A stretch of DNA of 64,000 nucleotides, from assembly GCA_017481945.1 (NCBI GenBank), contig JAFUOJ010000018.1:58744-122743 (forward strand), in the 5' to 3' direction. The notes beneath the pieces are model-generated. The model was not told where the DNA came from, ran no database searches, and saw only the letters and a program-made list of their open reading frames with translations. Within the stretch, counting starts at the first letter, position 1; the number at the start of each line of letters is the position of its first letter. Positions 27,592 to 38,366 of this stretch are shown here, one piece after another. Made by a program: the position numbers and the translations under genes. Source of the stretch: Parabacteroides sp. (lineage in GTDB: Bacteria > Bacteroidota > Bacteroidia > Bacteroidales > Tannerellaceae).

Positions 27592-28863
27592 TTATTCTAC
27601 TGGGATGTCTTTGTTTACATTCTTGCTACCAACTAAAGCGTAGAATAGTAAGTAAACTAAACCTGCCAAAACAACAAAGTAGCTCATTTGGAATCCGGCT
27701 GCGTCAGCAACAACACCTTGGATCAATGGGAGGATACCACCACCGCAAACCATTACCATAAAGATACCAGAAGCAGCTTCAGTATATTTACCTAAACCTT
27801 CTACAGCTAAGTTAAAGATACCACCCCACATAACAGATGTACATAGACCGCCTAATGCTAAGAACATAATGCCAATAGGAACTTCTACGATACCGAATGT
27901 TAGACTAGATAAGAATACTGGCATAGAAGCTTTTGTTTCAACAGGAGCGAAAATAGCAATAGATACAATAATAATACCTAAAACAGATGTGAATGTTAAC
28001 ATTGATTTACTTGAGAATTTAGCTCCTAAAGAGGCTCCACAAAGACGACCGACCATCATTAAAAACCAATATGTACCAACTAAACTACCAGCAGTTGTTG
28101 CGTCAATTCCTAAATCCTGAGTTGCAAATAAGTTCATAAAGTTAGGAATACCAACTTCAACACCTACATATATAAAGATAGCAATGATACCTAATACGAA
28201 GTGACGGAAAGAGAATGCACTGTATTTATCAGGTGCTGTTGATGTAGCTTGTTTACGTTCAGAAGCAGGTTCCGGAATGTTTACACTGAACAAAACGATA
28301 AATGTCAATGCAAAAATACCCATAGCTAAGAACAATGCAGGATTTGCGTCACTGATTGTAGCTTTAGCAGCGTCACCCATTAAATAACCAACTAATACAG
28401 GAACGATTGTTGCACCAATAGAGTTTACAGAACCTCCAATTTGAATTAACTGGTTCCCCTTATTTCCACCACCACCAAGTGTGTTCAACATCGGGTTTAC
28501 AACAGTATTCAACATACACATTGAGAAACCAGATACAAATGCTCCTGTTAAATAAACAGCATAACTACTTGTGATACCTGAAAGGTAAGAAATAAATACA
28601 CCTACAAAACCAACAATAATTGCTAATAATGCAGTTTTCTTATAACCAATTTTTTGCAACAACATACCTGCAGGAACTCCCATGAATGCATAAGCGATAA
28701 AGTTTGCTGCATTACCTAACTGAGACATTAAGTTTGATGCTTGAAATTGGTTTTTAACAATTACTCCAAACGGATTTTGTAAACCCGTAACGAAAGAAAT
28801 CATAAAAAACAAAGCTACCATCATGATGATAGGCAATGTGTAATTCTTTTGATTTGTACTCAT
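27592..28863 (-). CDS. MFS sugar permease (FucP/GluP family), probable galactose uptake
   Basis: ~12 TM helices, IGYKK, YVGVEVG, MMVGR; between galM and galK. Confidence 0.88.
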   Translation of the reverse strand: MSTNQKNYTLPIIMMVALFFMISFVTGLQNPFGVIVKNQFQASNLMSQLGNAANFIAYAFMGVPAGMLLQKIGYKKTALLAIIVGFVGVFISYLSGITSSYAVYLTGAFVSGFSMCMLNTVVNPMLNTLGGGGNKGNQLIQIGGSVNSIGATIVPVLVGYLMGDAAKATISDANPALFLAMGIFALTFIVLFSVNIPEPASERKQATSTAPDKYSAFSFRHFVLGIIAIFIYVGVEVGIPNFMNLFATQDLGIDATTAGSLVGTYWFLMMVGRLCGASLGAKFSSKSMLTFTSVLGIIIVSIAIFAPVETKASMPVFLSSLTFGIVEVPIGIMFLALGGLCTSVMWGGIFNLAVEGLGKYTEAASGIFMVMVCGGGILPLIQGVVADAAGFQMSYFVVLAGLVYLLFYALVGSKNVNKDIPVE

Positions 28864-28900
28864 TTGTTTTTAGTTATTTAGATTATTAATTATAATGTTA

Positions 28901-29980
28901 TTATTCAACTGAAAATTTATAAATAGTTTGACTACGGAAAGTATCATCAGGACGTAATGTGACTGATGGATAGTCGGGATTGTTAGGACTATTAGGAAAA
29001 TGCTGAGTCTCTAAACAAAGAGCAGCTCGTGCTGGATAACGTTGTCCGTTTTTACCAACAAAATTACCAGTCATCCAGTTCCCTGTATAAAGTTGTACTC
29101 CGGGTTCTGTTGTATAACACTCCATTACAATACCGGTAATAGGAGATGAGCAACGAGCACAGAAGGACAATTCATTTTCATTTCCCTTATTTAATATGTA
29201 AGTATGATCGTATCCTTTTCCAAACTTCAAAGCTTCAAACTCTTCTTCAATACGTTCACCTACTTCATGAGGAGTACGAAAATCCATAGGAGTTCCTTCT
29301 ACTTTTTCTTTAGGTCCGTATGGAATAGCTGTTTCATCAGTTGGCAGATAATAGTCAGCATTGATCATTAATGAATGATTGTATACTGAAGGATTACCTT
29401 GTCCGGAGAGATTGAAATAAGAATGGTTTGTCAGATTAAGTATAGTAGGCTTATCTGTTGTAGCTTGATAAGTTATTATAACCTCATTATCATTAGATAG
29501 GTGATAAGTTACAGTTGTGTTTAAATTTCCGGGGAATCCTTCTTCTCCATCGATAGAAGTATATTTTAGTTCCACAGTCTGTTGGTCGATTTGTTTTAAA
29601 TCCCAAACAACAGAATTGAAACCTTTGATTCCTCCGTGTAAACTGTTAGGACCATTGTTAATGGCTAACTTATCATAAAGAATACCATCTAAAATGAATT
29701 TCCCTTTTGCAATTCGATTACCGTATCGTCCACAAATTGCTCCGAAGTAAGGTTCTTCAGATGTTAAATACTCGTCTATGGTATTATGCCCAGTTACAAC
29801 ATCTACAAATTCTCCGTCTCGATTCGGAACCATAAGTGATACAATTTTAGCTCCATAATTCGTAATGGAAAGTTCTGCACCTTTGCTATTTGTTAAGATA
29901 CATAACATTGTTTCTTTGCCATCTATTTGCTTATTGAAATTGGCAACGGCTAAGCCTGACAGCGTATGTTCGTTTTTCAT
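28901..29980 (-). CDS. galM: Aldose 1-epimerase (galactose mutarotase)
   Basis: GRYGNRIA, NSLHGG, EEGFPG, NLTNHSYFNL, CLETQHFP. Confidence 0.95.
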   Translation of the reverse strand: MKNEHTLSGLAVANFNKQIDGKETMLCILTNSKGAELSITNYGAKIVSLMVPNRDGEFVDVVTGHNTIDEYLTSEEPYFGAICGRYGNRIAKGKFILDGILYDKLAINNGPNSLHGGIKGFNSVVWDLKQIDQQTVELKYTSIDGEEGFPGNLNTTVTYHLSNDNEVIITYQATTDKPTILNLTNHSYFNLSGQGNPSVYNHSLMINADYYLPTDETAIPYGPKEKVEGTPMDFRTPHEVGERIEEEFEALKFGKGYDHTYILNKGNENELSFCARCSSPITGIVMECYTTEPGVQLYTGNWMTGNFVGKNGQRYPARAALCLETQHFPNSPNNPDYPSVTLRPDDTFRSQTIYKFSVE

Positions 29981-30096
29981 GTAAATATAATTTCTAAATT
30001 GTGTGTAAAATTACTCTCTTCTTTGTATTCAAGCATTAGTTTTAGGATGTTTTAAAGCATAAAACCTTATAGAAACTTAGAAAATAGCTCTGTTTT

Positions 30097-31632
30097 TTAT
30101 ATTTGATTTTGTATTTGTATTAAAATATCCCGAAAAGGGGTATTTGTGAGTTTACTTTCTATCCAAGCTGTGAAATCAAATATTTTAAGAAGTCGCTTTT
30201 CATATTTGTCTTCTCTTATTCGGATAACCTCTTTTTGGTATTGTATCCATAATTTTTCTCGATCTCTTTTATAAATAGGTAAAGGATGTGCTGCTAAAAA
30301 GCGGAATAGTAATTTTTCAGTGATATAAATTTGTTTTTCATAGCGGATAGTCCGTTTTATTGAATTTATTTCATTTGTAAAGAAGTCATAATTACCTAAT
30401 TCTGCTTGTATCAACAAATTGATAAGTCGAGCTATTCGATAAGAAGGTAAAGTATGATATAATTTACCTGAGACAAAAATCTTCTTTAAACTTTTACGTG
30501 CTTTGGTATATTCACCCAAACTAAAATAGAGAATGGTTGAATATAGATGTAATTTAAGTTGTGTATCAGGACCTGCTATAGGAGACTTCTTTGTTAAAAA
30601 GTCAGTGTGACTTTCAAAATATTGTTTTGCAGTATTAAACTGCCCTGTATTTAATAACCCTGAAAGTTCATATAGGAATATACGTGCCTGTACCTCTATA
30701 ATAAACTCAGTAGGGTAATTTCCTTTGCTGATTTCTTTTAATTTAGATAAGAAAAAAGGCATTTCTTTGTATAGCCCAATAACGTATAGACTATCTAATA
30801 CTCCTTCAATAGCACTTAAATAATAGATAGGAGGATTTAATATTAAATGTTGATTTGCTTCAAATAAAGCTATTAACTCTTTGTAAAAGCGAATTGCAGA
30901 TTTGTAATTCCCCGTGTTTAAATAATAAGTGGCTTGGAATAATAGATGTAGTTTTCTGGGTTCAAATCCTTGATATGAATGATTTGCAATTAAATTTAAT
31001 TCATTTAGTACAAGATCATTTAGATTTTCTTTTTGTTTGTTTGAACGAGCTGAACCTTTGTAGGTGATACGATGTTTTAATATATCATATAATTGTAAGT
31101 GTTGATTCGTATTACGTGTGTAATTCATTATTTCATTAATTTGTACCTGTTTACTGATTAGTTCTTTTTCGTTTATTCTATCGAAATGAAGAGTCCTTAA
31201 GTATTTGAGTTCAGTACGGTAGATTAACAATAATAATGTGTCTTTTTCGTATATAGTTGCTAACTTTCGCGCTTTTTCTAATTCAGAGAATGCATTGTTG
31301 TAAAGTTCACGTTCAAATAAGATATTTGCTTTTGTTATATGGTTAAAGATTGTTGTCTGAATGTCTTGTTTCTCTCGTAATAGAACAAGGCAATCTAATA
31401 TCACTTGATATAGATGTTTTACAGCCATCTCAAAGCTTTTTTCATTTGCTTCGTTACAGAATTTAGTGTAAATCTGTTCTGCTGACAAATCCTGACAAAC
31501 TAAATCATATATAAGCATATAATTCTTATCTCCGTTCTGTATATTGGTATAGAGACGAATATATCTTTTTTCTGCTTTAGAGAGCGATTGAACTAAAAGG
31601 ATTATTTGATTGATTTTAGTGGCCTGCTTCAT
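30097..31632 (-). CDS. Hypothetical alpha-helical (TPR-like) protein
   Basis: 511-aa ORF, LVQSLSKAEKRY N-terminus, helical-repeat-like; very AT-rich. Confidence 0.7.
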   Translation of the reverse strand: MKQATKINQIILLVQSLSKAEKRYIRLYTNIQNGDKNYMLIYDLVCQDLSAEQIYTKFCNEANEKSFEMAVKHLYQVILDCLVLLREKQDIQTTIFNHITKANILFERELYNNAFSELEKARKLATIYEKDTLLLLIYRTELKYLRTLHFDRINEKELISKQVQINEIMNYTRNTNQHLQLYDILKHRITYKGSARSNKQKENLNDLVLNELNLIANHSYQGFEPRKLHLLFQATYYLNTGNYKSAIRFYKELIALFEANQHLILNPPIYYLSAIEGVLDSLYVIGLYKEMPFFLSKLKEISKGNYPTEFIIEVQARIFLYELSGLLNTGQFNTAKQYFESHTDFLTKKSPIAGPDTQLKLHLYSTILYFSLGEYTKARKSLKKIFVSGKLYHTLPSYRIARLINLLIQAELGNYDFFTNEINSIKRTIRYEKQIYITEKLLFRFLAAHPLPIYKRDREKLWIQYQKEVIRIREDKYEKRLLKIFDFTAWIESKLTNTPFRDILIQIQNQI

Positions 31633-31830
31633 AAAACTATTTGTTTAATGTGAGTTTTATTTAGACTATTTTTACAAATATAAGATTAGGTTTTGTTTTA
31701 AGCAAGAAAAGACCCTAAAAATCGGTTAATACTTCTTTTATTTATTAGGTAAGTTATTTTTTATAAATAAAAGACTTACATTTGTCTTGCATTCTTGTTT
31801 ATTGGATGTGAGCAATATAAATTGTGATGT

Positions 31831-32577
31831 ATGAAAGATGGTAATGATGTTTTTAAAAGTTTTCGAAATTCTTTTGATAAGATTAACGGACATTTCCATA
31901 TATTAGAGCAACGAGTTCCTGTAGAACGACAAATGGAGTATTTCAAATATTCTGCAAAGGTGAGGAAGGAATTAGAGCTTCCTGAGGCTTCAAATATGGA
32001 CTTTTCTGTTTTTCAAGAGGATTTAGATAATCCTGATTCATCAGTAGAACAAAAAAAGTATTTGTTGTCTGTGTTGGCAACTTCTCATAAAGTTGAAGCT
32101 TATAGAATATTGGAAGAATATGCACAAGCTCCAGATCCAGCTATTGCCGATTGGGCATATATGGCATTAATGGAAAGTCGTATTTCCTTAGAATCCGATT
32201 TCTCAGATGAGAAACAAATATATATATCTACAGGTCTTGGAGGGAAAGGAGAAAGATTACGTTTTGAGGTCTTGATATTGGCAAATGAGTTGAAACCATT
32301 TAAAGATTATCAATGCGAGGTTATAAAACAAGAATTTCCTTATTTACTTGAAAAAGTAGACTGTGAGGTAGAAAGACTGGTTGTTGGAGAAAAATATGTA
32401 GAATTGCTTTTTTTAATATCAGTGCGTGCTGATATTAAATATACATTAGATCGAATAATAGCAGAATGTAATGAGTATGGAAATTTCCTTTCTACAACTT
32501 TTACAATTACAAACGTGAAAGAGTTTTCTCAAGAAGAAATAGAAGAATTAATTAGAAAGAATGAAAGAAACAGTTAA
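31831..32577 (+). CDS. Conserved hypothetical protein
   Basis: 248-aa ORF with ISTGLGGKG motif; TACATTTG promoter element at 31777; overlaps gtrA-like gene. Confidence 0.75.
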   Translation: MKDGNDVFKSFRNSFDKINGHFHILEQRVPVERQMEYFKYSAKVRKELELPEASNMDFSVFQEDLDNPDSSVEQKKYLLSVLATSHKVEAYRILEEYAQAPDPAIADWAYMALMESRISLESDFSDEKQIYISTGLGGKGERLRFEVLILANELKPFKDYQCEVIKQEFPYLLEKVDCEVERLVVGEKYVELLFLISVRADIKYTLDRIIAECNEYGNFLSTTFTITNVKEFSQEEIEELIRKNERNS

Positions 32578-32944
32578 GCAGGCCTTCAAATATGGTATTG
32601 TTGGAATAAGTAATACGGTAATAACCGCTATCGTTATCTGGATAATGATGAAATTGTTTGGATGTTCAGATGTTGTATCCAATATTGTTGGTTATGTAGC
32701 AGGTGTATTGAATAGTTTTATTTGGAATAGGCAATGGACATTCCATAGTTCTGTTAGTTGGTTAAGTAGTGCAGTTCGTTTTGGTCTTGTTTTTGGTATT
32801 TGTTATTTATTGCAGTTGGGCTTTTTACTTTATGTTTTAAATCCCTATCTGTCGATAGATCCTTATTATAACCAATTGATAGCAATGCTATTTTATACAG
32901 TAATTAATTTTGTAATGAATAAACTTTATACGTTTAAGGCTTAG
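32561..32944 (+). CDS. GtrA family membrane protein
   Basis: KYGIVG.SNT, NSFIWNRQWTF, NFVMNKLYTF; 4 TM. Confidence 0.9.
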   Translation: MKETVKQAFKYGIVGISNTVITAIVIWIMMKLFGCSDVVSNIVGYVAGVLNSFIWNRQWTFHSSVSWLSSAVRFGLVFGICYLLQLGFLLYVLNPYLSIDPYYNQLIAMLFYTVINFVMNKLYTFKA

Positions 32945-32950
32945 ATATAG

Positions 32951-33883
32951 ATGAAGAAACTTGCAGTTATAGTTCCTTGTTATAATGAGGAATTGGTTAT
33001 CGCTGAATCTTATCGGCGTACAAAGGAAGCTTTAAAGTCCCTCTCAATTTCTACGGAAATTATTTATATTAATGATGGGAGCCAGGATAAAACTCGTCAA
33101 AAATTAGATGAAATTGCTGCAAATGATCCATTTGTAAAGGTGATTCATTTCTCTAGAAATTTTGGGCATCAGCCGGCCGTTACAGCTGGTATTAATCATT
33201 GTGACGCTGATTTGGCTGTGATTATAGACGCTGATATGCAAGATCCACCAGAATTAATTCCGAAATTATTAGCTTTACAGGAAAAAGAAAACGCGAATGT
33301 GGTGTACTGTGTTCGTAAATCTCGGGATGGGGAAAGTGTTTTTAAGAAACTCACTGCAAAACTCTTTTATCGTACATTGAATTATATGAGCGATGTAAGT
33401 TTTCCTGTAGATACCGGAGATTTTCGTTTAATAGATCGAAAAGTAATGGATCAGTTTGACAAACTTCGAGAACGAGGTAAGTATATTCGGGGATTAATTA
33501 GTTGGGTTGGTTTTAAGCAAGTACCTTTTTATTATGAGCGAGAGTCGCGAATTGCGGGTGAGACAAAATATCCATTTAGTAAAATGTGGAAGTTTGCTTC
33601 GACAGCTATGCTATATTTCTCTAAAAAGCCTTTGTATTTAGCGATAAGCTTAGGGTTTATAGCTGTTTTAGTAGGAATTATATTAGCTATTTGGTTTACA
33701 TTGGGTAAAATTTATGGTTTTAGTAATGCAGAAACAGGTTGGACCTCAATTATGACTTCAGTCATTTTCTTTGGAGGAGTTCAATTATTAACAGTGGGAG
33801 TTTTAGGACAGTATATCGGTATTTTATTTGATGAGGTGAAAGCTCGTCCGGAATACATTATAGATGAAAAAAAGAATTTTTAG
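32951..33883 (+). CDS. GT2 polyprenol-phosphate glycosyltransferase (GtrB-like)
   Basis: VPCYNEE, NDGSQD, SRNFGHQ, DADMQDPP, TGDFRL, two C-terminal TMs, RPEYI. Confidence 0.92.
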   Translation: MKKLAVIVPCYNEELVIAESYRRTKEALKSLSISTEIIYINDGSQDKTRQKLDEIAANDPFVKVIHFSRNFGHQPAVTAGINHCDADLAVIIDADMQDPPELIPKLLALQEKENANVVYCVRKSRDGESVFKKLTAKLFYRTLNYMSDVSFPVDTGDFRLIDRKVMDQFDKLRERGKYIRGLISWVGFKQVPFYYERESRIAGETKYPFSKMWKFASTAMLYFSKKPLYLAISLGFIAVLVGIILAIWFTLGKIYGFSNAETGWTSIMTSVIFFGGVQLLTVGVLGQYIGILFDEVKARPEYIIDEKKNF

Positions 33884-33911
33884 TATTATATGATTTAGGT
33901 AGAAAAAGGAA

Positions 33912-33945
33912 TCTTCTTGAGAAATTTCCCATTTTCTCAAGAAGA
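33912..33945. terminator. Bidirectional intrinsic terminator
   Basis: TCTTCTTGAGAAA...TTTCTCAAGAAGA with A/T tracts, between convergent genes. Confidence 0.75.
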
Positions 33946-33954
33946 CTTCTTTTT

Positions 33955-35106
33955 TTAGATACTTTTTGCTTGAAACGAACGAATTATCGTACAAATTTGG
34001 TTGACTAATCTACGAATATTTTCTTTAGTAAAATCTGGTTTCATTGATTCTTCTAAAGAAATTGGACCAGGAGAAATTGAAAATACACTATGGAATCCAA
34101 CTTGGGTTAATTCTTTTATGTCTTTGAAACTACCCGTAATAGCAATAATAGGAATCTTTTGTTTTTGAGCTTCTTTCAGAACACCTAAAGGAACTTTTCC
34201 CATGATTGTTTGGCTGTCCATCTGACCTTCTCCGGTAATGATTAAATCTGCTCCTGTTATTAATTCTTGAAAGTTTAATGTTTCAAGAATTAATTGTATT
34301 CCAGGTTTTAATTCTGTGTTTAAGAATGCAAGAAAACCTCCACCTAATCCGCCTGCTGCTCCTGCTCCAGGATGATTAATAATCTCTTTGCCGGTTGTTC
34401 TTTGAATCACTTTAGCAAATGAATACATTCCTGTATCTAATACTTTTACCATTTCTGGATCGGCTCCTTTTTGTGGAGCAAAAGCGTAAGCTGCTCCGGT
34501 TGGTCCACAAAATGGATTTTGGACATCGCAAGCAATTGTGAAATGGGCTTCCCTTAAAGTAGAATGAGCTTGGGATGTGTCTATTGAAACTATTTGAGAT
34601 AAAATTTGACCACCTGTTCCCAATAGATTTCCTTCTTTATCTAAGAAACGAAATCCCAAAGCTTGTAACATTCCTATGCCAGCGTCGTTAGTTGCGCTAC
34701 CTCCAATTCCAATAAATAGGTTTCGACAACCTTGTTTCAATGCGTCAAGTATCAATTCTCCTGTTCCGTATGTGGTTGTTAACATCGGATTTCTTTTCTC
34801 TTTAGGAAGCAAGGTTAATCCATTTACCACTGCCATTTCAATGATTGCTGTTCGTTTATCTTTAGAAAGAATATATTTCCCGTTTATAGGCCTCATAAGA
34901 GGATCGTGTGCGGATATTGTTTTATATTCCCCTTTTATGGCAGGTTGTAGAATACCTAAAAGACCTTCTCCTCCATCAGAAATGGGTATCTGAACAATTT
35001 GACAGTTAGGAAAAACGGCTTGAATACCTTCTTTTGCTGCTTCTTCTGCTTCTTTGGAAGTAAGACAGCCTTTGAAAGAATCAATTGCGATTATTACTTT
35101 ATTCAT
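33955..35106 (-). CDS. glxK: Glycerate kinase
   Basis: DSFKGCL, SDGGEG, GGSATNDAG, PGAGAAGGLG, TGEG..D.QT.MGK. Confidence 0.92.
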   Translation of the reverse strand: MNKVIIAIDSFKGCLTSKEAEEAAKEGIQAVFPNCQIVQIPISDGGEGLLGILQPAIKGEYKTISAHDPLMRPINGKYILSKDKRTAIIEMAVVNGLTLLPKEKRNPMLTTTYGTGELILDALKQGCRNLFIGIGGSATNDAGIGMLQALGFRFLDKEGNLLGTGGQILSQIVSIDTSQAHSTLREAHFTIACDVQNPFCGPTGAAYAFAPQKGADPEMVKVLDTGMYSFAKVIQRTTGKEIINHPGAGAAGGLGGGFLAFLNTELKPGIQLILETLNFQELITGADLIITGEGQMDSQTIMGKVPLGVLKEAQKQKIPIIAITGSFKDIKELTQVGFHSVFSISPGPISLEESMKPDFTKENIRRLVNQICTIIRSFQAKSI

Positions 35107-35370
35107 CTATTTTCATTTCTTAGGATCAAAGATATTTAATGTTTTATATTTTGCCATGCCGTTAGTAAATTTTTTTCCTCGTGAGGGTGAAATTTTGCTA
35201 GCGTTATGAAAAAAAGTGGTAATCCTTTCGTTTGATGAATTTTATTAGAAAAGTTGTCAACCAATATGTGATTTTAATTTCTAATATTTAATTAATTATA
35301 TACCTTTGTACCGCTTTGAACGAGAAAAGCAGAAATATGTTTAATTAGTATTGAATTAAGATTGTTGTCT

Positions 35371-36756
35371 ATGCAAAAGTCTGATTGCATCATTGGTGTG
35401 GAACATGTTTCTAAATCATTTGGAGACAAGGTCGTATTGAATGATGTGAATTTGTCTGTCCGTAAGGGCGAGTTTGTAACGATTTTGGGGCCGTCTGGGT
35501 GTGGTAAAACGACGTTATTGCGTCTAATTGCTGGTTTTCAGACTGCAACGGAAGGGGTTATTACCATTGCGGGAGAGGAAATAACGCAAACACCTCCTCA
35601 TAAACGCCCGGTCAATACTGTATTTCAGAAATATGCCTTATTTCCCCACCTGAATGTATATAATAATATTGCATTCGGTTTAAAATTGAAAAAACAACCA
35701 GAGGCTGTTATAGAAAAGAAAGTAAAACAGGCTCTGAAAATGGTAGGTATGACAGATTATGAGTATCGTGATGTCGATTCTCTTTCTGGTGGACAACAGC
35801 AACGTGTGGCAATTGCGCGAGCTATTGTAAATGAACCAGAAGTTCTTTTGTTAGACGAGCCATTGGCTGCTTTGGATCTCAAAATGCGAAAAGATATGCA
35901 ACTTGAGTTGAAAGCTATGCATAAAACATTGGGAATTACTTTTATTTATGTAACCCATGATCAAGAGGAAGCTTTGACTTTGAGTGATACGATCGTCGTA
36001 ATGAGTGAAGGGAAAATTCAACAGATAGGAACACCTATAGATATTTATAATGAACCGATTAATTCATTTGTCGCAGATTTTATTGGAGAGAGTAATATCT
36101 TAAATGGTATAATGATTAAAGATAAGTTGGTCTCTTTTGCTGGACATGAGTTTGAATGTGTGGATGAAGGTTTTGGAGAACAAGTCCCTGTAGATGTTGT
36201 TGTTCGTCCGGAAGATATCTATATATTTGAACCTTCTGACGCAGCTATGCTTACGGGAACAGTTACTTCTTCTATTTTTAAGGGGGTTCATTATGAAATG
36301 ATGGTGGTGACTCCTGAAGGATATGAGTTTATGGTTCAAGATTATCATTGCTTTGATGTGGGGCAGGAAGTAGGTCTGTTAGTGAAACCTATGGATATTC
36401 ATGTTATGAAGAAAGAGCGTATCTGTAATACTTTTGAAGGAAAGATGATTGACTCAACACATGTTGAGTTCTTAGGTTGTACCTTCGAATGCAAAGAAGT
36501 AGTGGGTATCGCACCGGAAACTTCAGTCAAAGTAGAAGTGGATTTTAAACATGTTATATTGGAAGATAACGAAGAAGATGGTCGTTTAACAGGAGAGGTG
36601 AAATTTATTTTGTATAAAGGTAATCACTATCATTTGACTGTATTTACAGATTGGGATGAGGATATATTTGTGGATACAAATGATGTTTGGGATGATGGTG
36701 ACCGAGTGGGTATTACAATTGCTCCGGAAAATATACGGATTGTTCAATCTAATTAA
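35371..36756 (+). CDS. potA: Spermidine/putrescine ABC transporter ATPase
   Basis: [36 protein letters not shown]; duplicated C-terminal TOBE; TACCTTTG promoter at 35301. Confidence 0.93.
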   Translation: MQKSDCIIGVEHVSKSFGDKVVLNDVNLSVRKGEFVTILGPSGCGKTTLLRLIAGFQTATEGVITIAGEEITQTPPHKRPVNTVFQKYALFPHLNVYNNIAFGLKLKKQPEAVIEKKVKQALKMVGMTDYEYRDVDSLSGGQQQRVAIARAIVNEPEVLLLDEPLAALDLKMRKDMQLELKAMHKTLGITFIYVTHDQEEALTLSDTIVVMSEGKIQQIGTPIDIYNEPINSFVADFIGESNILNGIMIKDKLVSFAGHEFECVDEGFGEQVPVDVVVRPEDIYIFEPSDAAMLTGTVTSSIFKGVHYEMMVVTPEGYEFMVQDYHCFDVGQEVGLLVKPMDIHVMKKERICNTFEGKMIDSTHVEFLGCTFECKEVVGIAPETSVKVEVDFKHVILEDNEEDGRLTGEVKFILYKGNHYHLTVFTDWDEDIFVDTNDVWDDGDRVGITIAPENIRIVQSN

Positions 36757-36768
36757 AAAAGAAAGGAA

Positions 36769-37569
36769 GTGATAAGTAAAGTTTCATCTTTTTTTATGCG
36801 ACGTAGGAACTGGACAATTCCTTATGCTTTGTTCCTGGCTGTTTTTGTCGTGACACCTTTGTTGTTAATTGTCTATTATGCTTTTACGGATGCGGAAGGT
36901 GCTTTTTCATTAGCTAATTTCCGAAAGTTTATGGTTCATCCTGAAGCTGTAAATACTTTTGTATACTCTATAGGAATTGCTATAATAACAACATTGGCTT
37001 GTTTGGTTTTAGGATATCCTGCAGCTTATATATTGAGTAACGAACGATTTAATACACCTAAAACAATGGTTGTATTGTTTATATTACCGATGTGGGTAAA
37101 TATTTTGATTCGTACGTTGGCTACGGTTGCTTTGTTTGATTTCTTAAATTTACCGTTGGGGGAAGGGGCTTTGATTTTTGGTATGATTTATAACTTTTTG
37201 CCGTTTATGATTTATCCGATTTATAATACGTTGCAAAAGATGGATCGTAGTTTGATTGAAGCAGCTCAGGATTTGGGAGCTAATCCCTTCCAGGTATTTA
37301 TGAAAACAATCTTACCTCTTTCTATGCCGGGGGTAATGAGTGGTATTGTGATGGTTTTTATGCCGACTGTCTCTACGTTTGCTATTGCAGAGTTATTGAC
37401 GATGAATAATATTAAGTTATTTGGTACAACTGTGCAAGAGAATATTTATAATGGCATGTGGAACTACGGAGCCGCTCTTTCTTTGATTATGTTGATATTA
37501 ATTGGAGTAACAATTCTTTTTACAAATGAAGAGGATAGTGCTTCTAATGAAGGAGGAGGTGTGATATGA
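36769..37569 (+). CDS. potB: Polyamine ABC permease
   Basis: LGYPAAY, ILPMWVN.LIR, EAAQDLGA. Confidence 0.9.
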   Translation: MISKVSSFFMRRRNWTIPYALFLAVFVVTPLLLIVYYAFTDAEGAFSLANFRKFMVHPEAVNTFVYSIGIAIITTLACLVLGYPAAYILSNERFNTPKTMVVLFILPMWVNILIRTLATVALFDFLNLPLGEGALIFGMIYNFLPFMIYPIYNTLQKMDRSLIEAAQDLGANPFQVFMKTILPLSMPGVMSGIVMVFMPTVSTFAIAELLTMNNIKLFGTTVQENIYNGMWNYGAALSLIMLILIGVTILFTNEEDSASNEGGGVI

Positions 37570-38357
37570 TGACTAAATTTATAGCAAAGGCTTATCTTTG
37601 GATTTTATTAGCTTTGTTATATTCTCCGATTTTAATTATTATGATCTTTTCTTTTACAGAAGCAAAAGTGTTGGGTAATTGGACGGGATTTTCAACAAAG
37701 TTATACAGTTCTTTGTTTGCAGGAGGAGTACAACGTTCATTAGTTAGTGCTTTAGGAAATACTTTTGCAATAGCAATGATTGCGGCAACTGTGTCAACTA
37801 TATTAGGTAGTATTGCAGCCATTGGTATTTTCAATTTACGTTCTCGTCCTCGTCAGATCATGAATTTTACAAATGCGATACCGATGATGAATGCTGATAT
37901 AATTACAGGTGTTTCTTTATTCTTGTTATTTGTTAGCTTTGGTATTTCGCAAGGATTTACAACTGTTGTATTGGCACATATAGCATTTTGTACGCCTTAT
38001 GTGGTACTGAGTGTAATGCCTCGATTGAAAAAAATGAATTCTAATGTGTATGAAGCTGCATTAGATTTAGGTGCAACTCCTTTTCAAGCATTACATAAAG
38101 TCATTTTACCGGAGATTCGTCCGGGAATGATTAGTGGTTTTATTTTAGCTTTTACACTGTCTATAGATGATTTTGCTGTTACAATCTTTACGATTGGAAA
38201 TGAAGGGTTGGAAACACTTTCAACTTTTATTTATGCCGATGCACGTAAAGGAGGTTTAACTCCAGAGTTACGTCCTTTATCTACTATAATTTTTGTAACA
38301 GTGTTAGTTCTTTTGATTGTAATAAACAAACGGGCAGAAAAGTCCAAAAGCGAATAA
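37566..38357 (+). CDS. potC: Polyamine ABC permease
   Basis: LYSPI...SF, EAALDLGA, FTLSIDDF. Confidence 0.9.
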   Translation: MMTKFIAKAYLWILLALLYSPILIIMIFSFTEAKVLGNWTGFSTKLYSSLFAGGVQRSLVSALGNTFAIAMIAATVSTILGSIAAIGIFNLRSRPRQIMNFTNAIPMMNADIITGVSLFLLFVSFGISQGFTTVVLAHIAFCTPYVVLSVMPRLKKMNSNVYEAALDLGATPFQALHKVILPEIRPGMISGFILAFTLSIDDFAVTIFTIGNEGLETLSTFIYADARKGGLTPELRPLSTIIFVTVLVLLIVINKRAEKSKSE

Positions 38358-38366
38358 AGGTGAGAA

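Noticed and set aside
35166-35216. Possible degenerate copy of the 22-bp palindromic repeat upstream of potA
   Set aside because: Similarity too weak and no clear periodicity
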